The translations under genes and the position numbers were made by a program. DNA of 64,000 nucleotides, the filler included, from Sphacelaria rigidula (taxonomy: Eukaryota), in the NCBI GenBank assembly GCA_964200075.2. It is 8 parts of 8 records of this genome, joined end to end, with 100 filler letters (N's around TTAATTAATTAA, not from the genome) between each part and the next. Parts side by side here need not be neighbours in the genome. Positions count along the whole stretch, not along the records: positions 24,049 to 31,963 come from CAXNAA020012985.1; positions 32,064 to 39,978 come from CAXNAA020012986.1; 6 more parts are not named here. The stretch is one strand, 5' to 3'. Below, one piece after another: positions 25,678-37,975 of the stretch (position 1 is its first letter; the number at the start of each line of letters is the position of its first letter). The notes under the pieces are model-generated. The model made no database searches. It was not told where the DNA came from and saw only the letters and a program-made list of their open reading frames with translations.

Positions 25678-28600
25678 ATATCAGGACGTGCGTGAAAAAA
25701 GTACCACGAATCTTCCCCGAGGAAACACGTTGAGTTTTCGTTGCTTTCGCCGTTCGTTTTGTTTTGTAAGGTGAATTTGGAATCGCGACTGGTTTTTAAC
25801 GTTTTCGATAAATTGGTGACTGGAATAATTATTTGCAGCGGCGCCGTTCATTGGTGGTGATTTTACTTTTGGATTATGGGAAGAGTGAAAATGTGTGGGT
25901 GTGGGTGTATGTGTGTGTGTGTGTCCAGCGTTGCTCGGTGTGTGGTGATCGTAACTCGAGGGCAGCAGTGGATTACTGTCTTCGCTTCGAAAATGGGGAC
26001 CGTGGCGGGTGATTTTTACTTTTAACGCTTAAGTTGTGTACATGTGTTCGCGTGGAGGGTGGTTCGATTTTCTTATCCCGCGCGAAATTCGCTGATGCTA
26101 GTTGGCTGCTGCGTACCCCATTTTTTTCTCGTATCTGAACCTGTGTCCTGTGTGTGTTTTCGACAAGATGGCGTACGGGTTGGATGCGGGGAGGAGCCCT
26201 CTGTTTTGGCTCGCGTATACTGTACGCCATGACCTGAGCGTCACGGTTTTCAACAGCCAACGCTTGTCACCGTGGGGTCGCATGGGTTTTGATTACTACT
26301 ATTTATGCTGCAGTTATTTGCGTTGTTGTTTTTTCTTTGCATAATTCACATGGCTTTCCACGCGTCGACGAGCCTACCAACGGCATCAAGCGATGCCAAT
26401 GATCCAACAGATGTCAGACCATGATGCTGGCGTACCCACCCGTGAACGATGGGGCGGGAATTTCGCGCCTGCGCCTATCACATTCAGTACGTGTAATGTC
26501 AACATGCACCTTGCTGCCGCGGGGATGTGTGCATCGGGGAGCATGCCAAACATATTCGTAATTTTTGTTTTTTTGTCACATTGGCGCACCCTGCACAACA
26601 TATGATCAATAGATGCAAAAGACGAGAAACCTACTGGGTGAAGTATAGGCCTACTATTGCATCTCTTGTCGACCGACGTATCGACCGACATTAGTTCAAA
26701 AGGCCTGTCCTTTTCCCAGTACATTTGTTGTCTATTGCGCCTATTGACCATATATTGTCCAGGGTGTGCAACTTTGCAATCCCGCCCCTTACCCGGGGTG
26801 AATCCGTGGCCTCGAGGGATTAACCCACTTCCTCCCCGGATGGACATTTTGGTCTCGCGGATTGGGTCAGCACTCCGGCACCACCACGTCTACTCTCGTC
26901 GAACAAACTTCGAGTAATGCTACGATAGAGGGGTGTAAGTGCGGTCAGTTCTAGAATAACCATTCATGTGTGTTGAACAAAATGCTGGAGCGTCTGAAAA
27001 TACCGTTCACGCGTGTCCTTTAAGGTGGGTTGGCTAAGAGCGCGAGGATTTGTCGACATGGCCACGCGCAGCTGATTTGTTCGAGTCGGAACCGGAGGTT
27101 TTGAAATGGTTTACAAGGAACTCCCCGACACATCAATTGGCCCGCTCGTGTGTCCCCATCCCCTCCCGACTTTTCTCCGAATTTCAATCAATCGATGATT
27201 TTGGATTGGACATTGCATCCTGGAAAACGGGGTTGAACATTCAAATGGGATTCGAGCCACCTTCCGAACATTCACACTTTCCTCTGAAATAGTTTGGCGA
27301 AAAGAAAGCATTTGCAGATATTCTGTTTCTGTTGAAGTTCAGCAGATACGGCTAGGCGCATCCAAATAGCGCGGTGTACACGTGTGCCAATGGCGATGCC
27401 ACCGGAGGAGCATCTACGGAGAGGAAGCTGCCCGCCCATCCCTCCTGTGTGTCCTCATTCGGCGGTTCCCAATGGCTGTGAGCATCATGTTGCCACCATG
27501 TACCCAATTGCCACTGTTGGCACAAGAACGGTGAGCGGTTCATTGTACAGCCCCCACAAAGATGATGTCGCTTGGGTTACCGCATCTTGACCGATATGAT
27601 CGTGTCTTGTCTATGACGCTGACCACTGCAAAAACGGGTTCCTTTCTGCCTCTCGTTTTAGGCAGGACGTGCCTCTGTGCACCACAGAACACGTTGTCGA
27701 AACGCAGAGCGATGTACCTGTCACCGCTATCTCGTCATCTACATACGCGCAAGGAATATGACCGTTGCGCCGAAGTCCAATCGTATGTCGGGCGGCGTTA
27801 CTATCGTTGCCTTGCCCGGCGTTTGGCACAAGGACAAGAGTCTTCCACATCCCATGTGGGGGGTGTATGAGGGATCAGACGCTCGTGGAGACAGGCTTGA
27901 CATGCGGAGTGAAAGAAGATACCTCTAGCGGCGACTTAGATGCTGCTGGCGTGACCCACATGGGGGCTTGCATACTGTAGTCTGTGAGCTTATGTGATGT
28001 ACAATCGGTGCTCGTGGGGAGGGATGTGTATTTCAGCTTTTCGACTCTGAGGAGGCCAAGACAAGCGTTTTGCCTGAGGCGAGATGTAGCTCCACCAGGT
28101 ACAAGTGCAATCTAGTATCACCACTTTGTCGTGTCACAGGTGACCCACGCCGTCAAGTGCTGACCATGAAGGGTTTGCCTGAGATGTGTTGTTGAGCTAT
28201 AAATCCCAAGCAGCAGCGTAGTCTGTACCAGCTGCTGAAAGAAATCCAGAGGTCTCTTTATCGCATAGATTGCCTGTTGCTAGTTGATGCCTTGATTACA
28301 CAGGTACGAGAAGCTCTCATCGATCGAGCTCATTTAATGAAATTAGAACGGCTCCCAAGAGCTGAGAGGAAGCGCCCTTTCCCCGGCTCCCGTCAGGTGT
28401 ACGAAATAATGATGCCACAGTTCGTGCGAGCCCTGGGGGATATCGCCGAAGACAGCGAGTCCTCTTCAAATTAAGTTTCCCATATTTGAACCTGTAAAGC
28501 GTTTCCAGCAACGAATTCATATTCCGGATATGGACGGATGCATTTCACTTGGGCTCTAGAGCTATACTACTCGCTTTATACAAACTGCAGAGATGTTTGG

Positions 28601-28743
28601 CAAACGATTGGCATCTTTTTCTTTTACATCTGATCGAACGAAAATTAAGCGCTTTCTCTCAGCATTTGGGAGCCGTTTTGACTCTATGAAACGAGTTTGA
28701 ACGCCTTTTATACATGCGACTGACATCCGCCGTAATATCCCCC

Positions 28744-28991
28744 TGTGACGCTAGCCAGTGGGAGAACTGCTACATCACTGCTGCTGAGGGACTCCCCAGT
28801 CTTACTGGCCTCGGTATCAGTTGTAAGCCTTTACAGCATCATCATATTATCGGAGTGACCTCCCGAGACGCCTACCTAGACACGCCAAGGTATCAACCTA
28901 GTGTCTCCGGTCATTATCCAGATTATCACTACCAACGGTCATTATCCATCCCATCACTACCAACTCAACGTAACAGCGTTCTTTCGTCACA
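28744..28991 (-). mobile_element. 3' LTR (248 bp) of the Ty3/Gypsy element
   Basis: Bounded by TGTGACG...CGTCACA (7-bp inverted termini, TG...CA). A purine-rich tract (GGGGGTGC on the minus strand) abuts it on the pol side. Confidence 0.7.
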
Positions 28992-29059
28992 GCACCCCCA
29001 AAGCGCGTTGGACGAAAATCGATCAATAAGCTGGACATATAGAAAACGCCAAAACGATG

Positions 29060-31670
29060 AGTAAATGACAACTTGATACCAAACGCATTCGAAATGCGAG
29101 CAGCAACGGCACCAGTCACGCGCAATTTACGCAACTCCTTTGTAAGAAATTCCGGAGCGGCCTCAAAACTGTCCTTGAAAGGCTTTCACGTACGCTCCTC
29201 ACCTTCGAAACCAACCCAGTCGACCAACCCGATCAACGAACGACCGTCTGCTTCTGCCACTCGGACAATACAAGCCATCTGAAATTGCCCCTGATTGAAA
29301 GCATGCTGGAAACGTTCTTAACGTCAGCGGTGACATTAGCTGCGAGTCTGCATAAAAACGCAAACGAGCTACATGGGCGGTCTGAATACGACCCAAAATA
29401 ATGTTCTGAATCTCAAACACGTGCGGGTGGTGAGCACCGACCACTCTCCATGGACCAGTCCATGTCGCCATCAACTTGGGCGTAACACACGGACGACGCA
29501 CGCGTGCATACAAGACAAAGCCGCCTACCTCAAAATTCGTCAATTCCAGCCCCGACGAAGACCCCTCACGTCTACGCGCACGTTCAGCGGCAACACGTTC
29601 CTGCACTTGAACGTGAAAACCTTTATGCAAGTCCAAGACTCCTTCCCATGCACTCTTAATCTGAACATCGTCCAGAACATCACTCTTTCATTTCTTCGCC
29701 GACGAAGACGCTAGCACCGAGACGTCCGAGGGGCACGACCAAACATCCCGTGGTACGGCGTGCTATCGTAACGACGACGATGCGCTATGTTGAGTGCCCA
29801 TTGCACCGCCGGCAACACGTCCACCCACTCGGAAAAGAAGAATAGAGCGAGGAGCACGAACTACTTCCTTGACCATGCGTTCGCACGTACCGTTAGACCA
29901 GGGAGAATACGCTTCCGCAAACTGGTGATCAACGCGCAAAGCCTCTGGAAATCGGGCCAAGATCGCATTCTCGAAATGCGTGGTGGTATCACTCACCCAC
30001 ACACGCGGCACCCCCCAACGTTTGCGCCAATTCAGCAAAGATGCAGAGGTCGATCCAGCAGTACACAGTGCTACTGGTTTCAGAGCCACAAAGTTGCTCA
30101 AATTATCCATGATGACCAAAATTTATCGAAACCTAGCATCCTCCGACAAACCTCGTGAAGCTAGCGGGCCACTCTCGCCCACGTACAAGAAGTCAAAATG
30201 AACGACTTCATTCGGCGTGGTCCCATGGACCGTTTCATCGAGCGGATGGGGAACAACATCGCCCGCCCTCGAGTCAGCACAGTGAAGACACTGGCGGACA
30301 AATTCGCGCACATGCGTGTTTATACCCTGCCAGACACAATACTCTTGAAAGCGCACGAGCGTTGCAGCCACACCACGATGCCCGGCGTGCGTCGCGCATG
30401 TCCGCGCGAATCATCAGACGTACCTGCGACTGCTTGTGAGAACTCGGAATCCACAAAACATTTCAGCCACGCACATGCACACGAAACTGACCTTCACTGT
30501 CCAAGATAGCAGTACCAACGTTCGACTCGAAAGATTGCACATCCGCATCTTCGGCCCCAAAGTCTTTTCGTTGCGCTTGGCGGACAGCAGATTTGGACGG
30601 CATCGAGTCATCAGGTTCACACGGACCATACACAGCCACAGCGCGCACAGGCGTTTGAATTCAACTGTAGGCACCTGCATGACCAAAATACCCCAATGAC
30701 ACTCAGATGCACCCGAAAACATGAACACCTGACAATCAGGACGAGGATGGAACGGCGTCACGGCATGAGCCACCAAATCCTTCGCTGTCGCCCACGCCCG
30801 CAGCCTGCCCTCCGTCCACGATGCAGCCTCCTTCGGAAACACCATATCTGGACTGGACCACCCCGCCTGCAAATTCGGTAACACCAACCCGAGCGCCAAA
30901 AGAGCCGCCATGCACAACGCCAGTCAACACGACTTCACTGGATCGTTCCGCCGCGGCCCAGGTTTTAGCTGAACACGCATGGGCTCCACGCGCGCAGGAG
31001 GATTACCCCGCAGCGCACGACCAAACGCGTTGATGCAGCAATGCAACATGCCGCACAGGTGCTCCGCTTTTGAAACGCTGAGGCCTGTCGCCCCAGAATC
31101 CGCTACGCTCTCCTCCAGCACGACCTTCCGAGCGGACGCCTCTTCCGCCGGAATCATTAACGTCTCCGGGCCGCGCTCTACCGAGCGTTCCACCACCGCA
31201 TCCCGCTTCTCGGTCACCTGCCCTCCAGCTTCCCGAAAGCATTCACCAACAAGCTCACGCGACGACTGCCCAAAAAGGCGGGCGTCTCCACGTGCGGACC
31301 AGGCGGAGACATCCGCGTCATGATGGAGTCATTAACCGCTCATACGGGTCGACTCCCAGATCCTGTAGCGTCGGCAGCCCCAGAAGGAAAACGCCATCCG
31401 ACCCTGGCATAATCGAAAACGAGAGGGGAGGCAGCGGCGCCAGCCCCCAAGCAGTCTTGAAGGCCAGCTGCGACGGAACAGTACGCTCCGTGACTGAAAC
31501 ATGCTGACCCGACGCGGTGACTGCCTGCCGCGCCCCGAGCGAAAACGGGATGCGCAGCGGCACACTCGGGAGTTGACGCTCCAGCGTCTCATACATCTGC
31601 ACCAGCAGACTAGTTTTATGGGCGCCAGAATCCAACATAGACCGAGCCACAATGACTCTGTCATGGTTCG
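29060..31670 (-). mobile_element. Decayed, internally deleted Ty3/Gypsy pol (protease, RT/RNase H remnants, integrase, chromodomain-like tail)
   Basis: In minus-strand order: LDSGA aspartic protease with FLLGLPTL; PPARVEPMRVQLKPG; an RNase H-like F.GASECHWG; zinc finger GHRGVAATL...FVRQCLHC; integrase core VHFDFL, MDNLSNF, WVSD, YSPWSNGTCERMVKE; GPWRVV; HVARLRFY; LVDWVGFEGEERT. Many frameshifts. Confidence 0.9.
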
Positions 31671-32521
31671 ATACTCTAGCTGGGAATGGTAGATGCCAGT
31701 TCAGTGGGCACCAGGGCTAGCAGACCCAAACACAGTCTATGTATCGAAGCCATTGAGTTCGATATTGTCGAGTGGGAGTCAACCACCGCACCAGTGGTCA
31801 GGTGGAATGCCATTAACCACGCGGGCTGCAGCACAGCATGTGCTGCATGAAGGTCAGGCTTACATTGTGTGAAGACCAGAGAATCCTCTGAAATAGCAGT
31901 CCATGGATGGCGTAGATGCTCTTGTATTATTGGCGTACAGGCTAACTTGTGCTTTGCTAGTTGNNNNNNNNNNNNNNNNNNNNNNNNNNNNNNNNNNNNN
32001 NNNNNNNTTAATTAATTAANNNNNNNNNNNNNNNNNNNNNNNNNNNNNNNNNNNNNNNNNNNNGAAAATATGGGCCCAAACTTTTGAGCAGATGGGCACC
32101 TTCTCCTTGATTACACAATTAACACGACACGATAAAATGTGGTATCTCCCCAACGTTTCTTCGATGAGATGTATTTTTTTATTCTGCACTCTGATCCTGA
32201 GATATTTGCGCTCGGAAATGACAAAAAAATCGTTTTCCGAAACTCTCTATCCCGTTTTTTACTTGTTGTGGTGAAATTACACCGTAGCATCAAAACGCCT
32301 TAATATTTAGTATCATCGGCAAGAGCCTACTGGCCACACATTTGTGGGATAAACCCGTGAGATATGTGTCGGTGCAGTACTAATCGCACAGCCACGCTGG
32401 TGTGCAAGGCGTATGCTATTGCCCGTCTATAGGGAGACGGTGGGTGCGAACTTATCAAGAATGGAAGTCGATATTATGACGATCGAAATGACGAAGTTGA
32501 GAAAAAGTGAGAAACGGGGCG

Positions 32522-32890
32522 CGCCTCCTTCCAACATCACAAAAGCACATGAACTCCTCAACATACAACCAAAACGACTCCCCAACCCATAAGCACACAA
32601 TAATATGTAACACAAGAGCTGCTCAGGGCGTGAACACAAGAACCCCTCTGTAAATGAACGATATAGACTGCTCGCTGTGATGTGTAGGTATCATCAAACA
32701 CGGTGGACCTCCTTCCAACATCACAAAAGCACATGAACTCCTCAATATGCAACCATAATGACTCCCCAACGCAGAAACACATAATGATACATAACACAAG
32801 AGCTGCTCAGGACGTAAACGCAAGAACTCCTCAGTCAGCAGTACATGAACGACAGACTGCTCGCTGTGATATGTAGGTATAATCAAACAT
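32522..32890. repeat. Tandem duplication of a ~184-bp unit
   Basis: CCTCCTTCCAACATCACAAAAGCACATGAACTCCTCAA occurs at ~32525 and ~32708 with collinear downstream similarity. Confidence 0.85.
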
Positions 32891-35800
32891 GGCGGGGGAA
32901 AATGGGCCAATCAAAATCATCGAAACAATGAGCATATCCTCCGCATTTGTCCGTCTCATCTGCGCAGATCTATTCATCACTCCATCTATCGAGCACTGGT
33001 TCGAGTATCTCTTACAAATTTGCGCCCCCCCCCCTCTGGCCACTCCACTCCAGCCCCCCTCTCCTTCAGGCCTGCGCTATGCCTTAGCGCAGGCCCACTA
33101 CACCATGGTGGGGAGGGGGGTCGAAGAAGGCGGAAAGTGAAGCATCTTGTGAGTGAGGCCGACGTTCCTTGTATTGTACAGTACTGTAGGATCGGCCAAC
33201 GTCCGTTAGCCTCGTTGGGACGGATGCTGTCGAAGTCGCGCGCATATTATGTGGGTGCCGCCGGGTAGGGTAATCGGCTCTACATCATGAGCAGTGCAAC
33301 ATTGTTTTTTACCAAATCAATCGAAGGAGAACGGAGATAACGTGTACAGTAGTCATACAAGCACGCCAAACAAAGTATATGCTACTCACACTGCACAAGC
33401 AAGCCGGCTCTCATGACAGTAAAATTTAAGAGATGAATACGCGGTCCGTGTGCCCATACATATAGGAGGACCGTTGGTATTGTTTATCGTCCCCCACCGG
33501 TTCATGGTGCTAACCCTAGGTAAAGGGGCGAGTTGTATCAACAAACGATGCACTACTCGCAGCTGATCGGGGTACAGTACCAGTAGGTGGCTCTATACCT
33601 GTATCAAGTAAGAGTAGTATAGCTTTCCCACGACTTTCCATGGGGTACTACTTGTAGCCTCCGGTTGACGGATACTAGTCAAGTCGTCTCGTGTACCAGC
33701 CACTGGAGGCGTATATAGGGCAATTTACCTCCACCGCTGTGCTCTTGAAAGGATGGCGAAAGGGATGTCATATTTTCGTGCGCGGGCGACGCTTGGGTCT
33801 GCATTTTTCAGATCATGTTAACAAGCACCCCAGTCTCCAAGTTCAAACGAACATTTCGATTTGTGTTCCGTGGAGAAGAAATAATGTGAAGTTCGATTTC
33901 CCCATGCAAGCGCTCCTCAAAATACATCCATGCATACATGCAATACTGTCAATTCTAATAGAATACTTGATATATATGCAATACTGTAGTCTATATACGA
34001 AGTATTGAGTTGAGCTGTTTCCTCACTTCCCGATTATTCTCCTCGTTCCACGCAACAAACAGGTCGGCTCCTCCCATCGCGAGGCGGAATTCATCTTGAG
34101 CACCTGCGAGACGGAGCAGACTGACTAAATTTGATTTTGAACACAATAACGCGGAGGTGAGATAGCATGCGTGCAGGGATGAGTAGTGCAAGCATGAATG
34201 CATGCATGCACGTGTTGTTCTCGCTTCTCCTTATTGAACCCACCGTACGTGAAGGTTTGCATGGAGTATCTATATATAGTTCTAGGTGATATTTTTACCC
34301 CAACCCGTCGCTAATTTCCACGGTCGATACATTCTTGTTTTTGTCGAATTCCGAAGATGAAGCTGGTCAAACCTTCACTCAGAGAAAGCAAAAAACTCTC
34401 GGGAAGGGGGAGGTTCGAAGTGTGCTCTAGGCTGAACGTGTGTTGATATATATATATATATATATATACATTAAATCGATGCCTTCGCATCCCCGATTTG
34501 ATCAAGAACGCACGCCATGTACACTGCCGATAGCTTCGGACTATTGCCCCCGTACAAAATCGACTATACGCGACCGTTTGGTCTCAAGTGAAACATGGTA
34601 GAGCTATTTCCAAATCGTGTGAACACGCGGGTTCGCTAGGACATTTCAAGCTTTGTCGGCCAACGTTTTTCCCGCGTGAAACAACACGTTTACGCCAGCG
34701 AACGTTTCCAAACCCTCTCGAGATGTACGGAATAGATGAGTTGTTCTCTGATGTACGATCTACGCGATGACTATGGAATTGAATCGGGGTGTTTCTTCCC
34801 ATGATAACAGCACACCGCCGGGCAGGTGTCGTAGCTTCTCTGCACCTGAGTCGTCCTCTGTGAGCGATAAACTTTATTTCGAGCGCGACCAGGAGCTCTG
34901 CACTCAAAGCAAGGCACTCGTCATATTGAGCCATGTCCATTCACAACAGACGTACCACGGGATTCAAGATTATTTGGTCGTCCGCACGAAAAAAGAAAAA
35001 AGAAGACAGGGAAAGCGGAGGAAGTTGGCTGCGTTTATTGACGACCGAAACTTGGCATGTAGAATAATGGTGCTTGTGTTGGGTTGCGGACAAAATAAAC
35101 GCGAAGCAGTTTTAGTCCACGATGTGCCTCTGCAGCCTTACGACACGCATAGAGGATTCCAGCGTATGTACGCAACAGCTATGAGCCTAGTCCCTGCCAA
35201 ACTACACGCGCACCATCGTTGCATATCGGACCGAGAATAAAGTTCGGTAGATATTCTAGAATATCGAACACAACCGCCGATACCGATATTTTTGTCGACT
35301 TTCCGAAAATGATACGATACGTACCGAGTATCGATATTCGATACGATACGGCTGTTTTGGTATAGCCGCAGTGTACAAGACCGAGCAGTACACTGGCACA
35401 CTGACACCCTCACTCACTATTGAAGGGCGCGCAAGATGCTACATCCCCCAGACAGATTTTCAAAGCTCACTTACTCCTCACCAGAAGTGATGCCAGGGGG
35501 CTGAACTGGGCGGCGTTGCAACCATCTCGTCGAGAGAAAGTAACCGAGCTTTGAAAAACGGTCAGGGGTGTGGAATCTCAATCAACCTACGGTAGTTTCC
35601 AGTGGACAGCAGTGGACACACGATGTACAGCAGCGGGTAGTGTGAATATTTACATCATAGCAGCGGCGACATGCAGTGATACAGCTCTTACAAATGTATT
35701 TCACCATCGTGCAGGAGGTAGTTGATCACAGCCGGCCGGGTGTGGTATCGGTTATACTGTTTTCATTTCTACGGCCACTATTCCGTGTGTTTCGATCGAA

Positions 35801-37629
35801 TGGGCGCATACTTCGACTCTGCACATTCATAATAAAAGGAAACGTGTCAAACCTCGAACACGCACAAGCTCAGCAACGCCCTCTTTTTTCACAACGTTTT
35901 TCACTACCAATAACAGGAAACATCGGCAGCATGCGTCGAGTTTTAATTTTTGGATGCCAAAATATATATATTTGTATGTCACCAACCAAGAAGGAAAAAC
36001 CACCAAGCTTGCAACAATTAGAATGTCCAGACTAATGGATGGAGGGGAAAATGAATCCAGCACTCGTCAAACATGAAGGAAAGGCGAAGCGACAGTACCA
36101 TCTCCTCATACTCCGAAGGACAGCTGTTTTCTACTGTGATTTGCAGATATCTATTGATCGCGACCTCATATCTACTCCCCCACGTCACCCGTATGTTGCC
36201 GTTGGTAAACACCCCCGCTGAATCATATCACCAATCCCACGAGGCACCAGCGGTTACTCTGTCGCCTCCTACCCTACGAATAGATACTGCATCCATTTGC
36301 ACACCGTGCAACCGCTCTACAGCTATACTCGCAAGCGTTCTTCAACTGGGGGTCTGCCGTTCGGGAAATATCACCCCCTACGTTTCCTGTGACGACGGTT
36401 TCGAAAAACTGAGCTAATGTGACGAAAAAAGGGCCAAATATCGAGCGTATCGATATTTGATATTGATATTCGATATTGATACATATCACACATATCGATT
36501 TCCTATGCCCCGATACCGACATGGCGTATCGCCGATATTTATCGAAATCGCATTGATTATCGACAGCCGATGTGCAACCCTGACGCGCACAGTAAGTCTT
36601 CTTTCGACGGGAATGCATGCAGTGTTTTGAAGCTACGGTAATCTCCGTCGGCATCAGTATTTTTCAAAACGGTACTGCCGCTTTTTTCTGCTGCGGAAAC
36701 CGACTATAGAGTTTCATACGCACTACAATTAGTGTGGTATGCTGATTGTTGGGGAAGCGCTGCCTTCGGGTTCACACTGCGCACCAAACCTTGCCGGTCG
36801 ATCTCTCACGGTTCCTTCGACAGTTGAAATGAGGGGGTCTTCGCACGAACACCCCAGCAGTGCGCAAAATTCGCCATGGCTCTGATTGCTCTGCCTGCAT
36901 ATCAAGAATTGTCAGAGCAATGTGGTGCGTGTTAATGATGTGTTTTACGTTTTGTTCGTTTGCAGATGCACCAGTGATTCGGTTACTATACTATTGTAAG
37001 CAACCCTTTCAAAGTGCAGGGTGGATGCACCTTAAGAAATCTGGGACGACTGTTTTTGCCGTGACCGCAAAGTAAAGGCGCATACTTTGATTGAACAAGT
37101 TCCTCTACAGGAAGTATAAGGTAACGTATTCACAAATCATGAACGAGAGTATCGACGGGCTTTTGTTCTGTGGTGGACGTACTTTTTGTCACCATACGAA
37201 GTGGTCGAATAACGTAAATGGCGCGGAGCTCTTAGGGCGGACTTTGTGTTCATCGCCCCAATTTTCGCAGCCGAAAGGAGGTTACAGACTCCACAAAATC
37301 GTTTCTCCTCGAGATACACGTACCTGCTTCTGCTTTATATCCAATGTGTGCGATACAAAACGACCGAACGCGCTGCTGCGGCGGTATGTATGTACAGTAA
37401 TTTCTAAGTAACGGCGTCGTCGCGGATGAAACTTTGCCCGAGAAAGTCTCACCCGAATTCAGAATCCCACTTCGGAAAATTTACGAGTTGCGGAGAAAAC
37501 AAAATGTGCCGCAAACTATCCTAAGAAATACATATTTTCTGCATGTGCCTCCGTATTTGCGAGACATTGTGCGGGTACTCCGAGGCAGAGGGTCGGTACC
37601 CATCACAAGCTCAGCATAGAACGCAGTAC

Positions 37630-37975
37630 CATGCACTGGTACACTACAGCACTGCCCCATGCACTGTGCCGTAGTACAAACCATACCGTGCAGTGCAGAC
37701 GGTGTGTTACGTGTAACTGGTAATGGTGTGCCATGAAGCAACAACAACAGGCATAGAGTGAACCGACCAACACCAACAGCATATGTGATCTGATACCTCC
37801 ACGACTACTGGTACACTACAGTACTGCCCCATGCGCTATGCCGTAGTACAAACCGTACGGTACAGTGCAGGCAGTATGTTATGTATGTGTAAAGTGGTGT
37901 GCTATGAAACAACAGGTACAGAGTGAACAGACCAACAACACCAATATATAACAGATGTTGTGTGATACATCCACA
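37630..37975. repeat. Tandem duplication of a ~176-bp unit
   Basis: ACTGGTACACTACAG.ACTGCCCCATGC.CT.TGCCGTAGTACAAACC occurs at ~37634 and ~37807. Confidence 0.85.
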
